From Eledone cirrhosa (lineage: Eukaryota), in NCBI GenBank assembly GCA_964016885.1, contig OZ024750.1, positions 23,684,001-23,748,000 of the forward strand: a DNA stretch of 64,000 nt. The letters are read 5' to 3'. Position 1 is the stretch's first letter, and every line of letters begins with the position of its first letter. A model generated the notes under the pieces. That model was not told the origin of the DNA. It made no database searches and saw only the letters and a program-made list of their open reading frames with translations. Shown here one piece after another: positions 27,051 to 40,699 of this stretch. The position numbers were made by a program, and so were the translations under genes.

Positions 27051-27434
27051 CCACAGAGAAAGCCCAGTAGCAGTAATGTGATTGGTATTTTGTTAAAATA
27101 GTTCTCTCTGTATTGTTGCTACCTCACTGGATCATTCATTTAATTACTCTATGCAATCTAAATAAATGATTAACTAATTCCTTTATTAATTAGATCTTAA
27201 TTAGCTCCCTCAAAGGTTATCAACAACAAGCATTAAGCTAAATGAGTCACCTTATTTTCAATACATACAAAGAAATAGTTGTGACACAAGTCGTTTTACA
27301 ATTATCGTAGAGTTCTAAATAAAGATATCACATAAGATTACCAGATACCCAGACACCCAGATTTAGTGAGATACACATTATAAACTGATTGAACAAAATA
27401 CCTTGCAGTATTTGTTCCAGTTCTTTGTAGTTAA

Positions 27435-27626
27435 CCCTTTAACATTTAAACAGGCCATATCCGGCCAGAATTCTCGCACCTCTTTCTGTTCAACACAGCT
27501 GTAACTGGTTGCTTATATCGACATTTAGGTATTGTTCTCAAAATAAATATCAAAATTTCATAGATTCAATATTATGTGAGGTAAACTTTTTACCATGTAA
27601 ATATTGAGTAATGTAAATGCTAAAGG
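27435..27626 (+). mobile_element. piggyBac-type MITE, family A, interrupting a SINE
   Basis: TIRs present; SINE sequence on both sides. Confidence 0.8.
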
Positions 27627-28129
27627 TCGACTTTGCTTTTCATCCTTCTGAGGTAAATAAAATAAAGTACCAGTCAAATACTGGGATCAATTTAATTGAC
27701 TTACTTTTTCCCCCCTCCAATAAAATTGGTAAACACCATATATAATTATAGGTTTTAGCTCCAGGACAGCATGGTTGAGCACATGTGTGATCAATGGCAT
27801 TCCAGCCATGACCATCCTTCTTTTTACTTACTTTATACTCTGTAAAGTAGGTGGGGTTAGGAAGGGCACCCAACCATAACTATGTCAGCCAAAGCATTAA
27901 GAGAACTCGGTTGTATCAAAGACATCACAAACTCCCAAGTGCTGATGCTATGATAAAACTCACTCAATACACTCTGTAAAATATTTAGTGTTATGAAGGG
28001 CATTCAGCTGTAGAAACCATACCAAAACCAGAATGTACATGAGACATAGCCCCAAATCTGTCTGGGAAGAGAGCAGCTCTTACAGATGATCCATCAGATA
28101 ATAATATCACTGCAATACATTGGTAAATA

Positions 28130-28458
28130 CCCCCGCTTCAGTTACGAATGACCATGGGATTAGCACCTAGAAAGTGCCTCTCCGAAGCACAAGTCCGGGC
28201 AAGGTTGTTTGTGGAAGACCAGCAGTCACCCATGCAAACCAGTCTCTCCTCTCCATGCCACCGATGTTGTCCAAGGGAAAGGCTATGGCCAATACAGCTT
28301 GGCATCTGTGACGTCGCAATTAATTTCTATTTCTACAGCTGAGTAAACTGGAGCAACATGAAATAAAGTGTCATGCTCAAGGAGACAATGCATCACGTGG
28401 TCCAAGAATTGAACTGACAACCTCCCAATTGCAAGCCCAATTCTCTAACCACTAAGTA
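28130..28458 (-). mobile_element. SINE family 2, long-body variant (also 18835-19150 -, 22275-22545 +)
   Basis: Same head and core, with a different body (ggtcttccacaaa..cccatggtcattcgt). Confidence 0.75.
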
Positions 28459-29419
28459 GATTTCTTATATATATATACATATATATACTATGTTGATATT
28501 ACATATTGTAGTAGATATACTATGTCTATATTACATATTACAATATACTATGCTTGTATTATATATTGTCGTAAATACTATGCTGCTATTACATATTCTA
28601 GTAGATATTCTGTTACTATTTCATACTGTAGTAACTACACTAATGAAATAGTAACAAAGATTATCTACTGAAATGTGTAATAGCAGCATAGTGTATCTAC
28701 TACAATTACTACACAATGTAATAGTAAATGTTTCTACTTTAGGCACAAAGCCAGCAATTACTCAGTGCATTACTGGTACTTTATTTTATCGACCCCGTAA
28801 GGATGAGAGGCAAAGTCAACCTCGGCGGGATTTGAACTCAGAAGTAATATAATACTATATCTACTACAATACTACATACTAATGTAATATTTAGTATTAG
28901 TGTAGAGAGGGGCAGGCAGTCAGGCAGGTAGATAGATGGAGAGAGTGAAAGAAGAAAGAGGAAGAGATAGTAAAGAAACGTTATTCCTTTGTGTTTGTAA
29001 GTCCAAGCGGTTGTTGTTGGCTGCTGGCTGGCAGTCACAGCTGGTCTAGTTACGCTTTACTGAACAATTCTATTACTATATATCGATATATATATCTATC
29101 TATCTCTATTTATCAATCTATCTCTCCAGTTACGATTTACTGAACACGTCATTCTATCTCTCTATCCTTCTTATCGACTCTCTCTCTTTCTCCCTCTGTC
29201 TCTATATACTGTATATATATATATAAAAATATTTTGCTTGTTGTGGTCCCAACAAATTAAATATAACCTCTACATATATATATATATATCCATATATATA
29301 TATGTAGTGATAGATACAAAAATATTTTGCTTGTTGTGGTCCCAACAAATTAAATATAACCTCTACATATATATATATATATCCATATATATATATATGT
29401 AGTGATAGATACATAAATA

Positions 29420-29458
<39 letters not shown>

Positions 29459-29631
29459 ATATATATATATATATATACATATATATTTATGTATCTATCA
29501 CTCTCCGCTGTCTGATGAAGCCACTAGTCCTGACTGAATCCGGGGGGGGGGGGTATTGACTGCAACATCAGCAGCATGTGTAAAGAAAGACAAAGGAACA
29601 ACACTGACAAAGACAATGGGGAGTAGAGTGA

Positions 29632-29935
29632 AGTTGTGTGGTTAAGCAGTTCGCTCCACAGCCACGTGGTTTCGGGTTTCAGACTTACAGTGGCACATTG
29701 GGCAAGTGTCTTCTTTATCATAGCCTCGAGTTGATTGATCAACGCCCTGAGTGAAATTTGGCAGATGGAAACTGTGAAGGAAAGTCCATCGCGTGTGTAT
29801 CGATGGACTTTCATTCGATAAAATAAGTACGACTTGAGAAAATAAATACTGGGGTTCGATCATCTTTCCAAGATGGTACCCTAGCATGGCCGCAGTCTAA
29901 TTACTGAAACCAGTAAATGAATAGAATAAAAGAAT
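29632..29935 (+). mobile_element. tRNA-derived SINE family 3 (also 24375-24795, 31170-31440, 31615-32165)
   Basis: Head gtgtggttaag; core ggcaagtgtcttct..atagcctcg; internal (GT)n; tail agcatggccgcagtctaatgactgaaac. Confidence 0.7.
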
Positions 29936-30265
29936 ATGTATATATAATGAAGCCAGTTCCTGATTTAGGTTAGCAAACAGAGAAAGAATGTGTTCTTACA
30001 AAAGTCAACAGGAACTTGTGACCCACACCCAGGCGACACTAACAGGTTTGGCAGGTGAGAGCCATTACCAAATTGGAACAATGTCTGTTAGTAGAACAGA
30101 ATTTTTCACCATTGAAACCCGCAAAGTGGTTTCTAAAGTAGGTGCTACCGTCCACTTATGAGGCACTGGGGGTGAGGCTGAAGAGGGGGTGGTCTTTGGA
30201 AGGAGAAGTGAGGGGTGGAGGGCAATGAATGTTGAAGGAAGAAAGGCAAAGAATTAGAAATTAAA

Positions 30266-30482
30266 ACCCATTCGTTACCATCATTCTGGAAATAATCAAG
30301 AATTTGGATGGATTCAGTAATATAACTAACTTTCTCTTTATTTTAAGTTGGTGTTTGGAACACATCTTAATGGTTCTGACATAAAATTATGATGGGTGTT
30401 TTTAGATAAACATAAACACTTTAAAACCAAGTTTTCTATCGTAAAAGCGGGGGCGGTTTCATAGGGTGTGGTATCAAAAGGA
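30266..30482 (-). mobile_element. piggyBac-type MITE, family B (other pieces near 8630, 9190-9627, 10440-10640, 16670-17101, 52245-52320, 56440-56600)
   Basis: Ends cccattcgttacca / tggtatcaaaagga-ttaa; shared core aaataatcaagaa..aagttggtgtttgga. Confidence 0.65.
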
Positions 30483-32254
30483 TTAACAGTTTGTCAGAAA
30501 TTTAAGGACCTTAAGATCCAAAAGAATAGAGAATTACGCTCCATTTGCAATAAGATTAGAAACTAGGGAAGAGAGGGCAATAATGATGAAAATTAGTAGT
30601 TACCCATAATAAATACTTAAATAATTTGTTGGTATTATCGATAGAACGTCAGACACCAGGCTTTGCAGCATATGGTTATGGCCCTTTACGTTCTGAGTTC
30701 AAATCCCGCCGAGATTAGCTTTGCCTTTCATCCTTACGGGATAATATAAAGCACATGTAATGCACTGGGGTAATTGCTGGCCTTGTGCCAAAAGTAGAAA
30801 CAATTATTATAGAAAGACACCCCACCGATTTCAGTGGGGAAATAATTTTTTATTGTTTTTTTTTTTTATCTTGTGTGTTATCAATTAAACTTACTTCTTA
30901 AAATGATCCTAAGGACTTTTTTGCCAGAAAGGGGACCAAGAGAGAGAAGGGAGGGACCTCGGACGTTCCAACTTCACGGTGGAAAGGCTATTAAGGAGGT
31001 GGCGACACAGTAAAAATATTGTTTGGGAAACTCTGGCTTAAGTAATAAAATAACGGGTTCGAACACTGTATAATACCGTTCAAATTAAGTACACTCTTAA
31101 AAGAAAAGAGACATAGGGTAATAATATATATCCCTGGACACATACTGATAAAATAAAACACGCAATGGTCATGGCTAGCCTCGAGTTGACCAAAGCCTTG
31201 TGAGTGGAATTTAGTGGACGGAAACCGCATAAATCCGTCGTATATTGATGTCTGCCTGTGAATAGGTCTCTGTCCGTGTGTGTTTACGTCTGACTGTATT
31301 TATGTCTCCCAATTTAGAGGTTCGTCAAAAAGGAGATCGATAAAATAAGTACCAGACTCCAAGAAATAAAAGTACTGGCGTCGTCGACATATCCGACTTA
31401 ATCAAGGCCGTATAGTCTAATGACTGAAACAAGTAAAAACGTTTTTAAAAAAAGTGTCTTTCATTACAAATATAGTAATGAAATGTTTATTGGTGTGTAG
31501 ATAATGGTCAAAGAAAGCCTGCAGATGTTCTACGGGTAGTAAAGCATTGATGACACATCAGTGCACGGGTTCAGATCACAACACCAGATGATTGCAGGAA
31601 GAAATATATATTGTGCGTGTGGTTCTGCGTTCAGTCCCACCGCGTAGCACCGTAGGCAAGTGGTGCCTTCTACTATAGCCTCGGGTTGACCAATGGCATG
31701 TGAGTGGAATTAGAAACTGCAGGTGTTTGTTGTATATACAACGGCTGCAATTTGATGAGGTCCGTCGCCCACATACCAGTAACTAGTGTAGGCTTGTTTG
31801 GTTATTATCATAACTAGGAGTATTTTAGGTATGGTCCTGAAGGATGAGATTGTTTTTTCTTTATGCTTAGTGTTAATATATAAATGGTGGGCCGGGTTGA
31901 CTATAGGTTTATGGATATTTGCTTCAGTTCGTAATAGAGTTAGTTTGGTGTTGACGTTCGTATTTCAAATAAATAGCATATTTCAATAACAGCCATAGTT
32001 ATATGTGTGTGTGTGTGTGTCGTAACGTAACGGTTCGACAAAAAGAAGATCGATAAATTAAGTATCAGACTTGAAAAAATAAGCTCTTGGATCGATGATT
32101 CACTAGGTCTCATTAAGGCGAGGCCATAGCATGACCGCAGTCTAATGACTAAAACCAGTTAAAAGATTATATATATAATCCTTATCGAGCCCTTTTCGGA
32201 TTTTCGTCTTCATAATTATTATTACTATATATATATATATATATTATATATATA

Positions 32255-32290
<36 letters not shown>

Positions 32291-32294
<4 letters not shown>

Positions 32295-32387
32295 ATAATA
32301 ATTATAAAGTCTTGAGCTGACCAATCGCGAAACGCGCGTCACACCTCAATAAATGTATTGAAGATCTAACACCTCGTCGTTTTTATC

Positions 32388-32424
<37 letters not shown>

Positions 32425-32637
32425 ATAATAATTATAAAGTCTTGAGCTGACCAATCGCGAAACGCGCGTCACACCTCAATAAATGTATTGAAGATCTAAC
32501 ACCTCGTCGTTTTTATCATTATATATATATATATATATATAGTAATAATAATTATAAAGTCTTGAGCTGACCAATCGCGAAACGCGCGTCACACCTCAAT
32601 AAATGTATTGAAGATCTAACACCTCGTCGTTTTTATC

Positions 32638-32688
<51 letters not shown>

Positions 32689-32784
32689 ATAATAATTATA
32701 AAGTCTTGAGCTGACCAATCGCGAAACGCGCGTCACACCTCAATAAATGTATTGAAGATCTAACACCTCATCGTTTTTATCATT
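32291..32784 (+). repeat. Four 100-bp tandem units separated by (TA)n spacers, each with a hammerhead-like motif
   Basis: Units start at 32291, 32421, 32541 and 32685; identical except one substitution in unit 4; spacers of 30, 20 and 44 nt; motif CTTGA-GC-N9-GC-GAAAC-GCGC-GTC followed by AATAAA. Confidence 0.85.
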
Positions 32785-32894
32785 ATATATATATATAATT
32801 ATAGCTCTGATTCATCTGAATTATTGAGCCCTCTGCCGCTCATATCGAATCTCGTTTATCGTGAACTCGTGCGCCGATTTTTCGATACTCGGTC

Positions 32895-32939
<45 letters not shown>

Positions 32940-33450
32940 CACACACACACACACACATCGGGGAAGCAAGAGAGAATACAAAGATATTGAGCGTTTCAAA
33001 GCGTTATTTTTCTGGTTTCATTTTATATTTATATATACATATTTTATATAAAATGTGTGTATATTATATTCACGTTTCTGTATACTATATACATGCATAA
33101 TAATACATGTGTGTATATCGTATAATGCATGTGTATATCATGTATGCATGTGTATATCATGTATACATGCATGTATAACATATACATATGTACGAGTGTA
33201 AATACATATATGCGTATGTTATATCAATATTTGTGTATATCGCCGATCGATTTTACATTTCATAGTTCAGGGATCGATAAATGAAGTACCAGTGATGTAC
33301 TGAGGTCATACCTGTTCCCGAAATGTGGGTATTATTTTCACAAATAAAATCGTTATAAATGTATTTGTGTGTATATAGGTATGATAGATGTGCACTCACG
33401 TCTTTATGTATTTAATATTATATAGGCTTCTATGTGTTGGTAGATATAAA

Positions 33451-33481
<31 letters not shown>

Positions 33482-34198
33482 CGTTCATACATACGTACAG
33501 CGCACAGCACATACACGACATTATATTTACTTTATTTCATGCATATATCATCATGCACGATATATATACACACGCTATATACAGATATACTAGAATATGT
33601 CATATATATACAGACAGGCGCTCTCCTTATACATACATTATACAAAAAAAATGACAAAATACATACGCATACAGTGAAACAGCATACATTATACATATAG
33701 TTAGTGATGCTGCATACATTATAATATAAAGTTGCACAGTATAAATTAGGTATCCATACAGATAAATTAGGTTATACATACAAACACACTATATATTATA
33801 TACACAGAGATGCATTATATACACATAAAAATATATTATATACACATAAAAATATATTATATACTTAAACAAACTACTATATATTACACACACATATATA
33901 TAATGTATGTATACAGAACTGATATACATATAAACATACAATATATGTATGATATATACATATATAGTGAATACTTAATACAGAAGCAGACATGCATAAC
34001 ATATATACGTTTATAATCGTACAATATATAGCCTGTGTTTATAATCACCGTCGTCTCAGACTGCACTAAATATAGGCTATATACACACACAATAATTCAA
34101 GATTATATATATATATATATATATATATAAATGAAAAGTATAGAAATTATTGTATCAAGAAGCCAACAGTATTCCATAATATATAAGTGACTATAGCA

Positions 34199-34236
<38 letters not shown>

Positions 34237-34337
34237 TAACCAGTGTGCGTACAGGTATATATGTGCGTATACGTATATAAATCTGTGTGTATTAAATATT
34301 TTTCATATGTAAACGAAACTTCCTCGTTTTTTTCTAT

Positions 34338-34372
<35 letters not shown>

Positions 34373-35126
34373 ATACATACATACATACATACATACATAA
34401 AACAGAGGTGTTGGTCGTGATAGATGAGCGCTGCATACTAAATGAAAATGTTTTTTTTTTAAATAAATCTGATCTTACATTATTGTGACAATTTGATCGT
34501 AGTTTTTGTTCCAAATCTAATAATATACACAGTGAGGAAACAAGATTAAATTAGACTGGAATCATACAATACGTGAATATACATACATGCATATAAGCTA
34601 GTAAATGTGTCAGCATCAATGAATGGATGAGAGTGCGTGAATATATAGATAGATAGATAGATAGATAGATATACAGAGAGGGGGTGGATAAGAAGGTAGA
34701 TAGAGAGAAAATATGACAAAAGGAAATGGATAATAATAATAATAATGGTGGTGGTGGTGGGCAAAGAAAGATGCTATTTAGAACACAAAACTAGAGAAAC
34801 AACAACCTGTTCAGAGATTGAAGACATCTTGGAGATATGCTGTCTTTTCTCTGGAATTAGCACTGCAATAGTAAGCATGTCTTAACAAATATGGATCCGG
34901 TTTGCAGTGGTGAGTCCGAGAGTGATGGGACAATTCACATTAAATAAAGCTTCCAGTGAAGCGAATGGCGAGGGTTGGACAAAGAGTGGGGGGAGGGATA
35001 AACGGTAATGTTGCAACAATGTTGTAGTAACAACAACAGCAGTAGCAGCAAGTGGGTGATTATATATGTATACACACACGCGCACATATATATATATATA
35101 TATATACATATAGAGAGGCATACATA

Positions 35127-35162
<36 letters not shown>

Positions 35163-35174
35163 CCCATATTTTTC

Positions 35175-35208
<34 letters not shown>

Positions 35209-35317
35209 ATACATACACATATATATATATATATACATATATAGAGAGAGAGACACACAGGTGTGTGTGTGTGTGTGTATATACATACTATATATATACA
35301 TATAGAGAGAGGCACAC

Positions 35318-35391
<74 letters not shown>

Positions 35392-35632
35392 GAAAAGTAT
35401 AGAAATTGTTGTAGCGAGAAGCTAACAGTATTCCATATATATATATATATACATACATACACATATATATATATACATATAGAGAGACACACACGTGTGT
35501 GTGTGTGTATATATATACTATATATATATATACATATAGAGAGAGACACATGTGTGTGTACATACATACATACATATAGAGACACGTGTGTGTGTGTGTA
35601 CATACATACATACATACATATAGAAAGACACA

Positions 35633-35690
<58 letters not shown>

Positions 35691-35697
35691 TATATAT

Positions 35698-35854
35698 GTA
35701 TCACGGGTTCAATCGGAGGTAACCACAGTAAGAAAGGTACTCAATACAGAGCAGAGTACAAATGTCTAATATATAAAAATGGCTTCTACAGGACTAGAAC
35801 TGTTTCATTCGAAGGAAACAGTTCTAGTCCTGGAGAAGCCATTTCTATATATTA
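35698..35854 (-). mobile_element. Hairpin+tail element with hammerhead 3' half
   Basis: 44-bp arms at 35767-35854 with 3 mismatches and no loop; GAAACAGTTCTAGTC motif shared with 12705-12719; tail contains gtattgagtac. Confidence 0.65.
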
Positions 35855-35956
35855 AATATATATATATATAATATATATATATGCCAATATATATATATGC
35901 ATATATACAGACACACTGCATACATATATGCATACGTATGTATTTATATATGTGTT

Positions 35957-35993
<37 letters not shown>

Positions 35994-38049
35994 ACATATA
36001 CACACTGAAGCATGACATCATTGTTACTACTACAGACTGGCTCAATGTACTTTATACAACTACAATTATGATGCCATTAATCATTATATATTAACTTTGC
36101 CTTCCATCCTTACGGGGTCGATAAAATAAAGTACCCGTAATACACTGGATAATTGCTGGCCTTATGCCAAAAGTAGAAACAATTATTTATTATTATAGAA
36201 TTATTATCGTTACCATTATTATTATTTGGCCTTGTACCTATGTTAGAAACTATTATTATTATGACTATTATAAAAGAAACCATTATTAATATTATTAATA
36301 AAGGCACACGGCAGGAGGTCCTTTAGTTGTCATAACAATCTGCTAATTTCCAGACATCAGGTCGTCTTAGGCACGGTCTGGCTGGATTCCTCATTAAAAC
36401 CATTTCTAAAAGCTTCTTTTTTTTAATTAGAGTTGCTGTTTTTCCATTATTACTCAATATGAACTAAATGGAACAATGATAGCATGAATTAATAAGCAAT
36501 ATATATATGATATAAAGAGTCTGGTTTAGATTTAAATAAAAGGTTTGACTTGAATACAAACACTGATCCAGAGAAAAGGAATAGACAGACTGGTGCCAAT
36601 ATCGGACACTTATATTACTAAACACACACTGAATAATAAAATACCCCACCACCACCACCAGCTCATCTTTAATATTTCTAGTGATTCTTCTCCTAAGACT
36701 TATTATTATTATCTAACAAAATTGTGTGTCTCGTGGCCATCACTTCATTCAGATATCTCTCCGACGTAATGAATAACAACTGTGACAGCACGATAGAGTC
36801 GAGTGATATGGGACGGCAGTCTTAGATGTTGCATTGCAGAAATATATATAAACAATTAGAGTAGGTTGCTGTTTATGAATTAAAACTATCGCTTAGCATT
36901 TACATTAAGTACATGTTGATTATCTGATGATCATTTCTCGGCTGAAATGTCTTTGATTATAGATATTACTCGGTCTGATGTGAATTGAGGGCTAAACAAC
37001 AGCAGCAATAACCAGAGAAATTATAAATTTATATTATATGTAGGTTTGAACGAGAGAGAAACAAATTTCTTGAAGATAGCTAAGAAAGAGAGCTAGAACT
37101 TATTCCTTATCTTATTATTCCTGAGAGAGAAAGAACTTGAATTCTAGAAAATTATTGCTCACGATTACTACTGTCTATTTAGAAATATATTTATATATCG
37201 TGAAACCCATATATAAGCCATCTGTAATGCAATGCCCTAGTGTAAACAGTGGAAAAGAAAACCCATTGTTGAATGAAGCAAATACTTTGTAAATGGTTTC
37301 AGTGGCTGTTATAAAGGAAAGTTTGTGTACAATAAAGAAGAAGTAACGTAAAAATTCTGTCGACGAACCTTTGAGGGGTTTGTGGCCGGAATATGTTAAG
37401 TATCGGTGATGTGGTTTTAGATAAGCGTTAAATAAGGATAGGGTGGCCGCGATGGTAATCATCCATGTTTCGGGGTGGCTAATCTTTGATAACAGTTATC
37501 TGCCCCTGAATACATCATACTTTACTACACACACAAACACACATACACACTAATGTCTGAGTTTGATTATAAATATGTATATTATGCAGACAAACACACA
37601 CACACACACACTAAATATGTCAATATATATATGTGTTTGTGTGTATGATAGAGAGAAAGAAAAAAATTGTTTTTAATAGATAGATAAGGAGTATTATATT
37701 TGTTCTATATTTTATATATAAATATATACATATTTTCATATAAAATATATATTATATATTTTATGATATATTAAATTGTATTATATTATATATATACAGG
37801 GAGAGGGAGGGTGGTAACTATATATTTATATAAATGAAATTGATATATATGTTTAGGAGGGAGTGTGATGAGGGGAAATCTGTGATGAAGAAAGGAGAGG
37901 AAGAGAAGAGGAAGTAAACAAGAGAAAGAAACGTCAAAGAAAACGATAGATAGATAAAAAGGTGGTAATGACAGTAGAGGCGACATTGAATGGAAGGGGT
38001 GGGGGTGAAATATAAATTGAGAGGAGGTGAGTGAAGGAGAGAGGAATAA

Positions 38050-38088
<39 letters not shown>

Positions 38089-38105
38089 CGCTTTCTCTCT
38101 CTCTG

Positions 38106-38178
<73 letters not shown>

Positions 38179-39555
38179 GGAGAGGGTGAAGGAAGGGGAG
38201 AGGAATACGTACATACATATATAGAGAAAGAGAGAGAGGATGGGGGGTAAATGAATCGGAGAGGAATACATATAAATTGAAATGGAGAGAGTGATGAAGA
38301 GGAAAGGAATAGATAAAATTTGCGATGGGATGGGTGAAGGGGGAGAGGAACATATATATATATATCATTTCTGATTTTTGCGTTTCGCTCCGCCTTTCCT
38401 GCTCGCCGAATGCGATTCTCGCTGAATCTTTATTTGTATATATATATATAATTGTTTCATATTAAGAGGAGGGTGACAGAGAAGAGGAAATGCAAGATGC
38501 TATTGTAGAGAGAAGGTTGATGAGAAAATGCTACTTAGAGCTTGAATGTTTATAGAAAGAGTGGTCTCTTGTAAAACGTCGTGTTGATACGGTCTTTTGT
38601 ATTTATTTATAGATCACTATATATTGAGAGACGGAGCTTCCCGAACAGTAGTGCTTCCTTACGGACATATATTATATAGTATGACGCACTTCTTTCTTCT
38701 GTGTTTGTTAGACACTCTACATATGTCACTTCTTTTCATCTTATAAACACAATTTGGTGAACAACAGCAACTACAAATGAAAGATTTTCATTCACACCAG
38801 ATAAACACGACGTTAATTTATACAATGGCACAGAGATGTCATACTTTAAAAAAAAACCTCTGCTATTTATTTCACTCCCTAATATCCATGCTATTAGCTC
38901 GCCTCTTCCCTCCTAACACTTGCGGTATTTTGAAATACTTTAATTTATTAACAACAAAACCTGCTGGACGACCAATATTTCTTATTTCTAAATGTAAATA
39001 GAAGAGATTTTAGACAAATGAGATAGGGAGGGATGGCGATCTGTTATGATTGTTTTTATCGGGAGTATCAGTAGTGTAAGTGAAGCGAAATGGTCCGGGT
39101 TACGATCGAAATTAGGTCGCGCAGCTTATCTTTATACAAATCATTGTACACTCTCTGGTTAACTAATAGTCGATATATATGATCATATCTCTGTCTTTTG
39201 AATGCAGTTTCACTGCAAGGCTAAGTCTTGACGGCTTACTCACTCTACACAATAATAGATGTTCTTTTTTCTACTCTTATTGTTGTTATAGTAAAGTCAC
39301 AAGACCTCGGATATATACAACAGAGCAATGAATGGGGTTGTTGAAATATTTATTCCTAACCCTAAGAGCATTAATAGCCTTAGAACCTGCTCAGCAAAAA
39401 TATGGGAATATTAACTGTAATATTATTAAACTAGTACTTTCGTTCGATTTTAATGTATGTTAACAATTTCTCTACCATCTGTGTTTAATTTTATTTACAT
39501 ATAAACGATTTATATAATTTGCTGGGTCTGGAGAAAGCGGCTGTGTCCATGATCT

Positions 39556-39930
39556 TTACAGGCCCTCTAGATTGATGTTCAGTTTAAATTGCTGTAGGTC
39601 GACTCCTACAGGATAGACATATGCCGGGAGAGAATTCCAGAAGGATAACTTTCTGAGAAGGAAGGGTTGGGCATAGTGATTTAGTACGTGGGCTGGTGGT
39701 GAGGACACAATATCGGTGAAGAATAAGGGAAAGACGAGTGAAGCGAGAGTGCTTGGGTGGAGATGGCAAGACAGATCTGTCAACTCTTCCCGTCGGACGA
39801 GGAGATCTCCCACCCATTTTGGGGTGGATGAAAGATGTCTTCTTTTGTGAAAATGGGTATAGCTTTTATTATGTAAAGTTACCCCCATTTTGCCTCATTT
39901 CTCCCCGTTTAGAGGGTACTTTTTTTCATG
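39556..39930 (-). pseudogene. CR1/Jockey-type LINE 3' fragment
   Basis: FWNSLPAYVYP..DLQQFKLNIN C-terminal motif. Confidence 0.65.
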
Positions 39931-40699
39931 ATACTCCCCGTTCGGGTTTTTAGAGGTTGGCAGATCAGGCATGAGGTCAGCCAGTGCCGAGGAATATGAT
40001 TTACAAAGGAAACAAATGAAAAGCAATTGATCAGATAAAATACAAAAAGGAAAGAAAAAACCGAAAGAAGGCATGTACACTCAGTTACACGCCACAACAA
40101 TGTAACAGTGGTAGTGCTGGTGCTGCAATGAAAAGTACACAGTCTACTCATTAAAAAGGGCATGCAGCCATAGAAATCAAGCCAAAACAACGTATGAGCA
40201 GGATGTTATCGCCAGACCAGTCTAATCACAGCATGGAATAACCCGTTCAATCCATGCAAACATGTAAGATAGACTTTAAACAATGATTTTGATACTAACA
40301 GTATTTAGTTTTGCAGCTTATGAGTTTAGATACCTGTAGAATCTATAGAGTATCAGCAGCCTGCCAAAGTTGAGAATAGGCTCAGGAAAGATATAAAATA
40401 TAGGCTCCCAAAGCTGGGAAAAGATCCAAACCAGATATAAAATGTACACTCCCTGAAATTAGATGTAAAATAGAGGCTCCCAAAACTGGTAATAGTCCCA
40501 GGCCAGATGTAAAAATATAGGTCTCACCAAAGCTAGGAAAAGGCCCAAGCCAGATATAAAATGTAGCCCCCCACCCCATTAATGCTGGTAATAGGCCTCA
40601 ATTCAAACTGATCATTAAATATTTAATAATCAGGGATAAATACATGATTTATGTATAGGTTCCAAATATATATACATCATGTTCTTAGATGTAACAATG

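Noticed and set aside
25980-27054. Cys/Trp/Val-rich ORFs resembling membrane or mucin-like proteins
   Set aside because: Translation of the ACC/AAC satellite with irregular unit lengths that shift frame.
32291-32784. CRISPR-like repeat/spacer appearance
   Set aside because: Repeats are 100 bp, spacers are pure (TA)n, there are no cas genes, and the context is eukaryotic.
34782-34870. Possible plus-strand exon ending at |gtaagc
   Set aside because: Purine-rich acceptor context, no partner exons and no homology.
37175-37462. 95-aa ORF in unique sequence
   Set aside because: No recognisable motif or convincing splice sites; cannot be excluded without transcript data.
38368-38437. Minus-strand gcGAAAcgca in a TA-flanked island
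   Set aside because: No CTGANGA box or cleavage triplet; too degenerate to call a ribozyme.
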